Shown here piece after piece: positions 33,113-43,000 of a DNA stretch of 64,000 nt. The notes below the pieces were generated by a model, which searched no databases, was not told the origin of the DNA, and was given only the letters and a program-made list of their open reading frames with translations. Location of the stretch: positions 2,226,053 through 2,290,052 of the forward strand of contig NW_004797286.1 in assembly GCF_000002075.1 (NCBI RefSeq), read 5' to 3'. The stretch's first letter is position 1. Every line of letters begins with the position of its first letter. The position numbers were made by a program, and so were the translations under genes. The stretch comes from Aplysia californica. Its lineage: Eukaryota.

Positions 33113-34671
33113 TTTTTACACATTGTTAACGAGCCTTTGTCCCTGCTATAACCGGTTGGGCTCCGATGAGGCCCTGTTATTGCCGATAAAGATTAGGTAA
33201 AAAAACGGGGATTTTAAACATCCCTGTTATTACCGGGCCTGTTATATATGGTTTCCACTGTACTCTGTTGCACAAAACTCAATTTTTTGTTAGAAAATTG
33301 AGACTTTTCAGTACCATACTTAGGAGAAAAAGTAATGAAAAGACTGCTGGTGCATAAGAGAGAGATGTAATAATAATAATAATAGATAGCATTTTTATAG
33401 CGCATATCCCCGCTCAACAGCAGGCTCTATGCGCTTTACCCTATATGTACAAATCAGTACTTGTTTCAACTTGCATACATACCCCATTTACCTCAATCCA
33501 CCTCTAATCTGGATGAGACCTACATATTTTCTTTTTTGCTTCTGTATTTCTCTTGAAAGGGCTAAAGTAGCCTCAAAGATGCAGTCTCTTCTTGAATATT
33601 TTAAGGAAACTCGTCAGTGACAAATCATGGACATTGTATGCTTTTTTTTGTATATCCTTCCCTCAGTGCCCTGGACGACAGTGTTTTTGCCACCCCCGCT
33701 CCTCTCAAAGGTTCAAGATTGGCGTCAGATGTTGAGGAAGCAAGAGTCAATTTGGAAAACCTGCTGGTGGAGAGTAACAGCAAAACACCAGGAAGACCTG
33801 GGAAAACACCAAAAACTCCTAAAAGGTTAGCTTTTATTTTTGGGTTTGTTTTTTTTTACTATGCACTGACTTTGTTTTGGAGAAAACTTGTAGAATGGGA
33901 ATCTTTCCTTTCATTGCAGTATTCTACTGAACTTTCAGTAGTATTTTTTTTTTAAATAAATGTTATAGCCTTGTGCTTTTCTTGAAGGGGCTGATTGAAT
34001 TATTTTAGTTTTGATAAGACAGTTAACAAAGCCTCAGTAGGTTGTGAATTGAAATCGAATCATTTACTTCCTATGTTTTTTGCAAAGGTTAACGTAAACG
34101 CACACTCTGTGTAAACATACGATTAGGAGCCCTCCAGAGCATCTTGCTTTTAGACAAAAACTACTGTAATTAAGACCCACAGGACTCTGGCAGAAGGTGG
34201 AATAGAACACATTAACATATCTACACAGTTAGTTACACATGTATGGTTTTTAGTAAGGTGTATCGTCTCAGCCTTTTTTCTCCCTTATTCTTTACTTTAC
34301 CCATTTCAGTGCAGCTGCACAAATAATATGCAAAACGACCTATTTGTGTTTACAGCGAGCCATGGAGGTAAACTTACAAAAATACACAAAGAAATCTGTA
34401 GTCTTCTCTTTTTTGTCTTCAAAATCAATAGTAGGCCTGTGAAGCTTTGATTTTCATAGTTTTCATTAGCACACATATTTTTCTCTTCCCCCTCCCCTGA
34501 TTCAAGATTCCATGCCTCCTGTTATTCAGCTTCATTTTCATAGATGGTAATGATTTTATCACGATGTAACACATCTTGTTTACTGTAACATTATATCAGT
34601 ATTAATTCCCCTTTTCCTTCTTTGTCAACAGGCCGCTGCACAGCATTCAGGATCCTGCTTTCACTGGCTGA
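10294..34671 (+). CDS. NCAPG: Condensin complex subunit 3 (CAP-G), complete spliced gene, 19 coding exons, 1101 aa
   Basis: join(10294-10389,10983-11249,11997-12225,12711-12941,15239-15431,16352-16501,16859-16975,18313-18526,19165-19341,20004-20111,20383-20502,21607-21921,24189-24370,25229-25403,26227-26397,29215-29482,32130-32223,33667-33825,34632-34671). All introns are GT-AG with consistent phases; total 3306 nt. Hallmark CAP-G HEAT-region peptides include RFRVCQLV, RLRDKFPLVRVHAVLALTRLQDP, IIGRTRDVKDTVR, EIISEIREPI, LLLWYNP and HDSLAVKLCNEVL. Confidence 0.95.
10523..10695. mobile_element. Short pogo/Tigger-type MITE
   Basis: CAGTCAAAA...TTCGACTG(TA) termini; a related right end (AGGTGGCCGTTAGA) lies at about 3105-3137. 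Confidence 0.55.
10983..11249 (+). CDS. NCAPG: NCAPG coding exon 2 (VPFDTFWPEF...FEFLLD)
   Basis: VYDRQPAVEKTIEF motif; AG/GTAAGT, phase 0-0. Confidence 0.92.
11997..12225 (+). CDS. NCAPG: NCAPG coding exon 3
   Basis: VHCAKDKGIRFRVCQ...RLQDPSDENCPITK; phase 0-1. Confidence 0.93.
12711..12941 (+). CDS. NCAPG: NCAPG coding exon 4
   Basis: AYIILMTRDPNVEVRR...LQDGLNDRS; phase 1-1. Confidence 0.93.
13647..13828 (+). mobile_element. ~180-bp short retroposon, copy 1
   Basis: Starts GTGGGTGGTTGGCGGG and ends with the hairpin tail shared with the Nin-type SINE; TSD CAAGTAGA(A/G)AAAGT. Confidence 0.85.
14030..14770 (-). mobile_element. RTE-clade LINE fragment, degenerate
   Basis: Minus-strand AAEMWYL..ILRISLTERKTNREVL..IRKRQLRFF motifs. 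Confidence 0.75.
15049..15217 (+). mobile_element. ~180-bp short retroposon, copy 2
   Basis: Same family; TSD-like GTTCTTCT(AA)CTTTG; ends about 20 nt before an NCAPG acceptor. Confidence 0.8.
15239..15431 (+). CDS. NCAPG: NCAPG coding exon 5
   Basis: MVKAACSNKMLQAWL..EGNVLDLLTRLDV; phase 1-2. Confidence 0.92.
15511..15865 (-). mobile_element. tRNA-derived SINE with CORE-like body and L2-like (TTA)n tail
   Basis: Minus strand: GGTGGCCTACTGGTTAG (A box), GGTTCGAATCCC (B box), GTGTCCTTGGGAAAGGCACTT core, tail GATATGCGCTATACAAATGCTATCTATTATTATT; a tail-only copy lies at 33368-33439. Confidence 0.85.
16352..16501 (+). CDS. NCAPG: NCAPG coding exon 6
   Basis: ALVPEEKLTCESAFYW...DYLE; phase 2-2. 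Confidence 0.9.
16859..16975 (+). CDS. NCAPG: NCAPG coding exon 7
   Basis: VTKQLMNCTDLDKMLDIEFMIQQLLQILLCMDLSDQAS; phase 2-2; not in the ORF track. Confidence 0.88.
17974..18157 (+). mobile_element. ~180-bp short retroposon, copy 3
   Basis: Same family and same 5' start. Confidence 0.85.
18313..18526 (+). CDS. NCAPG: NCAPG coding exon 8
   Basis: KRAEKLLRNLLL...EIISEIREPI...DLDKK; phase 2-0. Confidence 0.92.
19165..19341 (+). CDS. NCAPG: NCAPG coding exon 9
   Basis: IAGIRVKLNQLREELGECIEKQDFERAAQLK; phase 0-0. Confidence 0.92.
20004..20111 (+). CDS. NCAPG: NCAPG coding exon 10
   Basis: DDPLTMLKCITVVCELL...MLMEAQ; phase 0-0. Confidence 0.9.
20383..20502 (+). CDS. NCAPG: NCAPG coding exon 11
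   Basis: VLPGMTNEEAEVRNAAVKAIGLCC...HLPLLLQ; phase 0-0. Confidence 0.9.
21607..21921 (+). CDS. NCAPG: NCAPG coding exon 12
   Basis: ATQMDTHLVRTTAMQCIFDIVHVHG...ILSAYLDNE; phase 0-0. Confidence 0.9.
22380..23968 (-). mobile_element. Nin-type SINE (minus strand) split by a DNA transposon
   Basis: B box and body at about 23603-23968 are the reverse complement of the 8179 copy; the tail resumes at about 22380-22484 on the other side of the hAT-like insertion. Confidence 0.8.
22485..23602. mobile_element. hAT-like non-autonomous DNA transposon
   Basis: Perfect 12-bp TIR CAGTGCTTCCAC/GTGGAAGCACTG; CGTTAA duplicated on both flanks (an 8-bp TSD is not fully preserved). Confidence 0.7.
24189..24370 (+). 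CDS. NCAPG: NCAPG coding exon 13
   Basis: SSEIRNVAAKGLAKLLLSG...LLLWYNP..LQCLGIFFP; phase 0-2. Confidence 0.93.
25229..25403 (+). CDS. NCAPG: NCAPG coding exon 14
   Basis: TNQEVIEEAFLPTLKTLLKAPSTSPLAEI; phase 2-0. Confidence 0.92.
25814..26107 (-). mobile_element. Truncated retroposed insertion with (TAAA)n tail
   Basis: Flanked by the direct repeat CAAATTACTGTTTA (25800 and 26108); TTTATTTATTTATT at the left end; family not recognised. Confidence 0.5.
26227..26397 (+). CDS. NCAPG: NCAPG coding exon 15
   Basis: DNPCHDSLAVKLCNEVL...EDMAI; phase 0-0. Confidence 0.9.
29215..29482 (+). CDS. NCAPG: NCAPG coding exon 16
   Basis: VITEKQCVKLLEKFR...SARKTR; phase 0-1. Confidence 0.85.
29718..30525. 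mobile_element. pogo/Tigger-type MITE
   Basis: TA|CAGTCGAACCTGC...GCAGATTCGACTG|TA; repeated AACGGAAACCTGT subterminal motifs. Confidence 0.8.
30661..31525. mobile_element. TTAA-flanked non-autonomous DNA transposon (piggyBac-like)
   Basis: TTAA|CTCACTTCAGACGG...CCAGTCGCAAGTGAG|TTAA. Confidence 0.65.
32130..32223 (+). CDS. NCAPG: NCAPG coding exon 17
   Basis: GKSLKTPMLTKSTQGSRLKSALKSASKKLDS; phase 1-2; low-complexity tail. Confidence 0.75.
32519..33260 (-). mobile_element. Internally deleted pogo/Tigger transposon retaining CENP-B-type HTH coding remnant
   Basis: TA|CAGTGGAAACC..ATATAACAGG TIRs with TA TSD; minus-strand KRKCLSIDTKYEII..EICCQFDIPQGSIPTIIKDREKI..RKKMR..DQALLMWFKDAR. Confidence 0.88.
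33667..33825 (+). CDS. NCAPG: NCAPG coding exon 18
   Basis: ALDDSVFATPAP...KTPGRPGKTPKTPK; phase 2-2; clustered TP (CDK-type) sites. Confidence 0.8.
34632..34671 (+). CDS. NCAPG: NCAPG terminal coding exon (RPLHSIQDPAFTG*)
   Basis: Strong pyrimidine tract then caacag; phase 2; TGA at 34669-34671; poly(A) signals follow. Confidence 0.7.
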
Positions 34672-34760
34672 TGTCTCCTACAACTTGTCCCATGCTATTA
34701 TTGTTACTTACTATGTCTAGATCATTCATTCTACTCTTGTACGCGCACTCACTTACATTT

Positions 34761-34800
34761 ATTAAATTGTAACATTTGGCTCATTAGAAAATGGAATAAA
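34761..34800 (+). terminator. Candidate NCAPG polyadenylation signals
   Basis: ATTAAA 34761-34766 and AATAAA 34795-34800, about 90-130 nt after the stop. Confidence 0.6.
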
Positions 34801-35414
34801 TGCAATTGTATGCTTTTAATGGGAGATGTACATGATACGAGGAAAATTCTAGGGGTTTGACTTTCTTTCAATTTTTAAAGGTGATATAGGTTGATTATCG
34901 ACTAATTAGAAGAATTAGGACGGAATTTTTAAAGTTTTATGAAAAAGATGGTCTCCGTGGCAGACATCTTGGATTTTTTGCCATGTTGCGAGGACAGACG
35001 TTTTCCACAGAAAATACTGGAATATAAGCCTCAAACTTGGCACACAAATACACAAACCTGGTTGATCGGCTGTGTCCGCCCGGCTGTTTGTTCCGTAAAT
35101 TATTATTTGAAATGCGGCATTTTAGCCCAATGTTGACCGTCAGAGTGAATCAGAACAGGATCTTATGGGTCACTTTAGTATAGTATATTTCTGTTTTCTT
35201 AAATTAAAACAGAGGGGGATCGTACACGGAGAGATCTTAGGCGGAGACTAAATCATAAGATGTAATCCTCATTTTTCTACTTACTAACTTTCAAATTTGA
35301 TGACGATCGTGTAACAAATAAACTGTCAAGAGCTTTTTTTCAAATTTCACTAGAGTTGGAACAACTGATACAGTGTGTGTGCGGGTGTGTTTATGTGTAT
35401 GTGTATATATATAC

Positions 35415-35847
35415 GTTCACCCATGTGGTTCCCGGGGCCCTGTCCAAGAGACAGAGGAGCAAAGAATAGGACGACTGTATACGTACCGCGCATGTCGTGG
35501 AAGGCGACTAAGGTCGGTTGGGCAAAGGATTAGCAACCCTTTCCCGTAAAACAAAAAGCAGCTACAAAAACATCAACAGCAAAGACAACACGACCGCCAG
35601 CTCTGAAGGATGGAGGACCTTCATCACCGAGGAGAGGAGAGAATATGGAGTGTAGAATGACAGGGTGATGAAAGCCGAAAGGAACCCACCAAGCCGAGAA
35701 ACCTCCTGTCGACCATGATATGGAGGCGAGTGGTATGCGGGAATGGAAGAGGCGGGGGCATCATAGAAACAGCTAGAAAAGGATGCACAGGACAGGCTTC
35801 AGAAATGTTGATGACCTATGCTCCACTGGGAGTTGGAAAGGGCAAGA
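35415..35847 (+). mobile_element. Bipartite (internally deleted) non-autonomous RTE element
   Basis: RTE-like 5' motifs GTCGTGGAAGGCGACTAA and GGTTGGGC..TTAGCAACCCTTCCCGTAAAA joined to an RTE-like ORF end (WRR..AQDR..VDDLCSTGS) and tail; sits in TA-rich flanks. Confidence 0.6.
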
Positions 35848-35903
35848 CACATGTATATACAATGTATAGGGCAAGAGATAGAGAGAGAGAGATATCTATA
35901 TAT

Positions 35904-36139
35904 GTGAGGCGTGCTGACAAAATGAGTTACTTCTCGCAATCCACAAATGGAGATATTGGCAAAAACTCAACACCTAGGTCAAATTAGTAGACCCTCTATT
36001 GATGCTCTTCTTTTTTTATGTATAACTTGCCTCTCATTATTTCATTCTTATAAATTCTAAAACTTCACTTATAAGCATGGCGTTTCTATTTCCAAAGGCT
36101 TGAATCCGAGAAGTAACTCATTTTGTCAGCACACTTCAC
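35904..36139. mobile_element. MITE with ATAT flanks, second copy of 61-293
   Basis: About 33-bp TIR GTGAGGCGTGCTGACAAAATGAGTTACTTCTCG / CGAGAAGTAACTCATTTTGTCAGCACACTTCAC. Confidence 0.85.
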
Positions 36140-36151
36140 ATATATATATAT

Positions 36152-39100
36152 CGCTGGTGGAGTGATGAAACCTCGTAACCCTCAATTTTTTCTAAATTCG
36201 TTTTTTTTTTTTTTTTGGCTTAATGTCTTCTCCCAGTCCTTCTTCACATTGTGTCAAAAGCACTAGCTCATATTAGTAAGAGAAAGTATGAAAAATACTT
36301 AATAAGAAAACCTTGTATGTTTGCACCCATGATATCCTGGCGTGATGAAACCTCGCAACCCTCACCTGGTGCGCCGATCTGCTTTTGCGTGGTTTCATCA
36401 CTCCAGGTTTGAGAGAGCGGCGTGCTTATACGAGGTTCTGGACAAGTCTTCTATATGAACCGGCTTAATTGAAGCGCTCATAACTGACATTGTCTGGTGG
36501 ATTTAATGTATCTGACGGAATAAAGAAATATTTCATTCCTTCATTCATCCATACGTTCATTCATTCTTTTATTCATTCACTTTATTTCAGTCAGTTCAGA
36601 AGTTCAAATATGGTCATACGTGAAGTACTTACATTGTGTAAATCTATTAAAAATCCTTTCATAAGGATGACTAACTCGCTGATAATCAAGATGTTCTGAT
36701 CGAGCACAAACGTAGTTAACATTTAAGTTAAGGCAACAGTCACACCTTGAAATGGCAGGTGACGGTAGTCCTTACTTAGACTAGGTGACAGATCTGTGCA
36801 CTCTCCAGATGTCAACAGGCCATTCTGTTTATCAAAGAGAGGGTAAGGTTTTGCATCTTCTCAGACTATGAATCCGCTGTGTAGTCAAATCCTCCAGTTG
36901 TGGTTGAGACCGAATAGTATTGAACTTAACCATGGTCTTGATGACTCTGAAATCTGTAGAGGACATTGTGACAAATTTGTGCCTCAACAACACAAGTAAT
37001 ACGGACATTTCCGAATCTGTATTGAATATCTCCTTCTGTGCTCATCACCTAGATCTTTATACCCTACAAAGGCTGGTTCGGAAACCACTGAGCAGACCAC
37101 GTTCATTGACTTGACCCCAGCCACCATGTCGCAGTCCTTTCCAGGGCTGTCACTGATATGTGGAGACAAGGAAGTATCAGCATCATCTCAGACTGAGTCT
37201 GCACCAACAATAGTGTCGCCTGGAATCATACCCCAAACCATACTGACGTTTCACCAGACAGCTGTAAGTCAGATGCTGAATTATTACCTTCGAGGTCACA
37301 GCAACACAATCTGTAGACCATATTTAGGCACCTTAGCCACTTTTCCTAAAGCCTGATCCCGAGAGACAGCTCATTTGTTAAAATTGTTAGGCCAGCATAA
37401 ATGATGCTCCACAGAGGAAAAGAAAGGGTTTTAAGGAGTTGCAACAAATAAGCGAAAAGCTATCCGTGGATCGGGACAAGATCGGAATACATAATGGTTC
37501 AATGAAAAGCCCAGGTAAGTTATCGAAACCAATCTGTGATTGCAAGAGCTGGACTGTGAAATATAAAGGGCTCTCTGAAGTTGATAGACATTCTCATTTT
37601 GATTAAGTGTGGACCCTCTCATGGGATGACTAGTGGACATCGGAGGAGGTATTCAGAGACTAACCAGAGACGGAATACCCTCAATAAACACTTTTAAAAG
37701 GTGGCCATAAGGTGCCATTGTGTTAAAAGGTGTTCCTGAATTGAACTGGGTTGGATGAATGATTTGTAAGAAATATTTAGAACCAATAATTATCAAAGTA
37801 ACTCGGATATCTACAAAATATATGCACAAGTCTGCCAAGACCACGGGAGGCGGCCTCTCAAAAGACCCGCCCTCGATGAAGCTTTCAAGCAGAATAACGT
37901 GTCGCTGTTCCTGTCAAAGATAGATATGCATCAGTCGAGAATTTGACAAAGTGCTGGAGGATCTTTGGAATGCTCACATTCTAGAAAAGGAGGCAGCGCG
38001 CAAAGAAAAGGAACGAGATAAATCAGAACCATCAAATCTCTCGCCAGTAATGAACCTAGAACGGCCGTACTTTCAATGGATCTTCAGCATCGGCCTTATA
38101 TTACAAAACAAAACTCGCCGTTCATAACTTTACGCAATTGGATGCTGCAACACGCCAGACTACTTGTTACGTGTGTGATGAAGCAAAATGGGGACTTAAG
38201 ACAAATGAGTTTGCTTCATGTCAATTGGATTTCCTGAAAGAAAAGCTGGACCTCCAGAAAACCATCATCGACAGCGACAACTGTGGTTACCAATACAGAA
38301 ATGCCACACTGGCCAATGTTTCTCTAAGCCTGTTTTCAACAACAAAAGGAAGCACAATTGAACAAAAACATTTTATCAAAGGACACACACAAATGGAAAT
38401 TAACAGTGTGAACTCAACTATTAAGAGATCGCTTCAAAAAACACGCATCGAGGTCCTCCAAGACTACCTCCATTTCTTCAGGACGGCAAGAGCAAAACAA
38501 GAAACTTATCAAAACAAATAGTTGGATCACACATTCTTCAAGGAATATTCTAAGTGTAGAAGCTACGACAAGTCTATATGACTAGGTAGAAAAACGGGTG
38601 ATCCTGTTGTCACCGACATCAGGTGTTTGAAGTACACCTCAAACATGAACATCCTCATCCAGTTCAAGCCGCACCTCAGTGATGAATGGGCTGACGTTCC
38701 GAAGGCAGGACACAGAAACATATTAATAAGGTCCACCCTACCTCACAACTCTACACAAAACGTTTTAAGTTCCAGCACTTCAAATACAATCACATAGAGG
38801 TGCTTAAATCTGTTATTTCCAATATATGCATCGTCACTTTATGACAATTACTACCATTAACATTTATGGCTGTTCATTATGATTCAACATCTCTTATGAA
38901 AACCATCTGTAGTGCAAACAGAGACCACATGGCAGAGATTTATAATTGATTTTTTTGTGCTCTTTAGTAAAAACTGGAAGTAACCAGATCTAATATTGGC
39001 AAATTATAGTGAAACAAATTGCATTCATTGCAATCCGTTTGCGGATTCAAACATAAATTCTGCAGGTAACACACTTTTATTTGACTTCAGTTGGCCGGGA

Positions 39101-39492
39101 ATCAAACTCCAAACTAATTGGTCTTGAAAAAACATCTTTATCACTTTGTGGCGTTTCAAACAACAGACGCATATTGCAACCAAAATGAGCAGAGAGAAAA
39201 CTCGCAACCCCCAAACTCTGTCCTGATGAAACCTCGTAACCCACCCGCCGGCTGACTACGAGGTTTCATAACGACAAAAATGTTGTAATGAAACCTCGCA
39301 TCCCACAGCGTAACCCCATAAACTATAGAAAAGTTATTTTTATGTACTAACCACGTTTCTAATGTGTTTTCATTTATCTGTACCAGCTTTGGTTCATATT
39401 GATCATTTTATTCAAGAGTAAATCAGTTTTTTGTCTCTCCTGTAACATTTTCCTTTCTGGGGTTACGACGAGGTTTCATCACTCCACCAGCG
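36152..39492 (+). mobile_element. Sola1-type DNA transposon, intact ends, degenerate transposase
   Basis: 25-bp TIR CGCTGGTGGAGTGATGAAACCTCGT with ATAT flanks; repeated subterminal TGATGAAACCTCG(C/T)AACCC; frameshifted transposase at about 37850-38860 with SMDLQ, YYKTKLAVHNFT, NEFASC, SDNCGYQYRN, KGHTQMEINSVNSTI and GDPVVTDIRCLKY motifs. Confidence 0.85.
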
Positions 39493-39499
39493 ATATATA

Positions 39500-39542
39500 T
39501 CTTGCCCTTTCCAACTCCCAGTGGAGCATAGGCCATCAACAT
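39500..39542 (-). mobile_element. RTE 3' tail fragment
   Basis: Reverse complement of 35805-35847 (GTTGATG(G/A)CCTATGCTCCACTGGGAGTTGGAAAGGGCAAGA). Confidence 0.8.
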
Positions 39543-39625
39543 ATATATATATATATGTATGTATACGTTGCATGTATATTAATATTATGCATATATACCA
39601 TGTATACATAAATAATATATCAGTG

Positions 39626-39840
39626 TCTGTGGTGTAGCGGTTATGTGCTTTTCCGTCGCCCGCAGAAGACCCACGTCTGATTCCCAAGTAGGCTAGAGAG
39701 AATTTTTAAAGGGTATCTCGGTCTTTCTTCTGGGATGTTGTTTCCTAATCAGCCCATGTTGGCCCTGATAGTGATAAGCAGGATCGAGAGTTTGCCTTCT
39801 AAATGATCCAAGTTGTGTTAATGGAGGTGTAAAACACCTA
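39626..39840 (+). mobile_element. Old tRNA-derived SINE (related copies at about 41500-41600 minus and 42560-42690 plus)
   Basis: TCTGTGGTGTAG head, decayed B box (TGATTCCC), shared GTATCT(C/T)GGTC body. Confidence 0.5.
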
Positions 39841-39932
39841 TCTTTCAAAATGTATGTATAATATAGAAAGACACGTACACATACACACACACGCACAAAC
39901 AGAGAGAAAGGGAAAGAGAGAGAGAGAGAGAT

Positions 39933-40092
39933 GTTTGTTTTTGAGGAGGTTTTACGGCGCTTGCAACTGCATAAGGTCATATGAGCGCCAGAAGATTAGA
40001 GGTGTTACAAGAGAGTAACAACAAACATAAAAAAGAAGAAGGGGAGATAATGACGATAGATGTTTGACAGAAAAAAGAAGCAGAGCACCCGC
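39933..40092 (-). mobile_element. ~180-bp short retroposon, copy 4 (5' end damaged)
   Basis: Reverse complement of the family sequence. Confidence 0.8.
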
Positions 40093-43000
40093 TAGAGAGA
40101 GAGAAAAGGTACAGCGTAATGGTAGAGAGAGGGAGTGGGGACGGACTCAAGTAAAATCCTCCCATTTCTCCGTTTCAACTCTCCTTCTTTGAAGCACCCG
40201 CTGTTTCTACAGAGCAACGTTTCGTTAGGTTTAGCTCACTAACACAGTGAGAACATAATATAATACTCTATTGAGATCAGAATGATGAGAAAAAAACAAC
40301 AACCTGAACCAGGGCTGCTTTGTAGTGTAAGCTATTTAGTTTCCATTTAAAGGCATGGTCACTTTTCCTAAAGAGTCCCGATCCGTCATTCCATATGTTT
40401 TCTTTTACTCATCCGCACCCCATGTCACCCTACCATGGAACATAACCGGACATTGAATGCATCTGGAATGCCCCTCGAACGTTTGTACATATACGAAGGC
40501 CTCTTATTGAGGACCCAAAAGTGACACCGTTTTTCTGATAAGTCATACTCATACTGTACAATCTATTGCAAAAATGATCTACAGTATGCACATGTCATGT
40601 CAGAGTCTGACCAGCTTGCAGGACAAACTGTTACGTTAGGTCGTAGGTCTCTTGACTTGAATATCTGTCGAATTCAATTGATTGTTGTAAACCACTTCAC
40701 ACGGGTGCATCTGATCTTTAGTGGATTGCATCAATGAGCTGAGCTTGCCCCCGAGGTGTGAAGTTTTTCTATACCGAGCAATCATAGACAACTACCGTAG
40801 GACAGTATTGTTAACCCTCTCATGCTGTCCGCCCACCATACTTGGCGGAGCACCATAGATACATGTATAATTATGTGGAGCACAGGCTTTATAAATTGCT
40901 TTGTCGTCTCATATCATTATCATGTCCCTATGTCTTTTTCTCCCGCAAATTAAAGTTAGAAAGGAGGGCGTATGGCGTTTGCTTCCCACCCTTCCATATA
41001 TATGCTCCAAACATGATGTTATAGCTGATCAGTTTCAAAATTTACTAACACAGGAATGATCATGCTGTTGTTAGATGAAGTTTTCAATTTGAAATGTGCA
41101 CTTGTGAGTGAGACTGTAACTGTAATAGAAAAAAAATCAGTTCCACACTGACAGCATTTTTTAAGGCAGATCATGCTTTTACCCGGTGTGCTATTATTAC
41201 AGTATTAGCCAGAGACTAACTTAGCTAACGTTGTCATATGTTGTTGTTAAATCAACAGTGTAAAGTATCGTGACGGCACCCTCCTCCTATTCCTTTAGTG
41301 TCACAGACCTCTCTGGTCTGATGGCCAAATGCTGTTTACAAAGTGGACTGGCGAGCACAAGAACAACATCATCTTGTCAGCCGTGCTAATTTTAATTTAG
41401 ATTGTAAGTGTTTTTACGCTCCCTTCAACACAATTTAGATCATTTGGAAGACATTCTTCGACCCTGCCAGGAGTAAACCTACTGAGAGGGATACAAAAGA
41501 AAGACCAAGATACTCGCTAAGAATTCACCTTGCTCAGGAATCGAACTAGGATCTCCTGCAAACAATGGTTAAGCACCTACATGCTACACAACAAACGCCA
41601 GCTCAAGGTAGCCTACTTTTTGGCCGCATTTTCTGGCCTGCAGAGGAACAATTAGCATTACAATATAAATTACATGTAGTAGCCTACTAGAAGTAGTAAC
41701 ATGTGCCACCGTTACTACAGGATAAGTCATAAATCTTTTTTTTAAAGAAATAATCATAGTAAAAATGTAGTTCATCACAGCACAAAGTAGGCTACAAGTC
41801 CATATGACACAGCAGTCATGGATGGGTACGCCTATTACATGCACATGTACCGCAGTTGGTATCACGCTGGATTATAATGTACATGTGTCATGTAGTAGGA
41901 GCACTTGAATTTGAGTTGGGTGGAATTCTCCCCAGTGTTTTTGTTAATGTGTTTTTTCAAGGCTTCCACTGTTTTGCTCATTACTATCTAAAGGGGATGT
42001 AAATTCGCAAGGGGACGTTCAAATATAATCTTACGTCCTGGAAGGGGTGTGTGTGTGTGGGGGGGGGGGGGGGGGGGGGGGGGGAGCTTTTGTTCCTCCC
42101 AAAGAAAAGTGTAAGATGGGGGTTGGGGGTGGGGTGTCTTGAACCAATGCAATATTGCACTTTTTCGGTCCCGGGGGGGGTTTTTTTTTAAAATTCCACT
42201 GAAATTTGTTTTATTTGTAATTAAGGGGGGGTTTTGGTGTATATTGTCAGGGGGAAATTTTTTAGCCCTTTTTTTACAACCCAATGCAACTTTTCTTTTT
42301 CCCCGGTTTTTCTTTTTTTAATTGCCCCTTTTTTTTTCCCCGGTTGGGGGAGGGGGGTGTAAGAGGCAAATGTAAGTTAAGTGTAAGATTAAGAAAAAGG
42401 GGGGGGGCTAAAAGGTGTATGATTAGATCTTTGAACAACCACTAAGTCCCACCTTATGACTAGTCTTTCAGTTTTCGGTGTTTCAAGTTAAAAGGATGTT
42501 TTAAACTACAATGTATTACCATGCCAACAACTTAAAAGTCGTGACTACCAGTCGAACACGGGCATCTGTGGTGTAGTGCAATGGTCAGGCATTTTGCCGC
42601 CGGTCACACGAGACCGACCTGAGTTTGATTCCCGAGTGGGGAGAATCTTTGTTGAGTATCTTGGTCGTTCTGCTGAGGATGTTGTAGCTGTATTCATCTC
42701 TGCCCATTAAAAAAACAATTATAATAATTGAAGCTACTCTAACGATCACCTGCCTCAAACAATCACTTGTACAAACGACCCCCCCCCCCCCTTGCGCGTT
42801 TTTCTCTTATTCATGATACAAGTTTAATGACACCGTCCATAAGCGCCACGTGTCTAAGATGGCTACTTCCCCCTCCTCATTAGGCGGTCATCTTGGACAG
42901 GATCGACTGCAGTTTATAGGGTCATCCTATCCATAGATGGATTTCAAAAAAAGAAAAAGTAATAATAAAAAAGGGAACCATCAGACTGAAAGGGAAGGTT

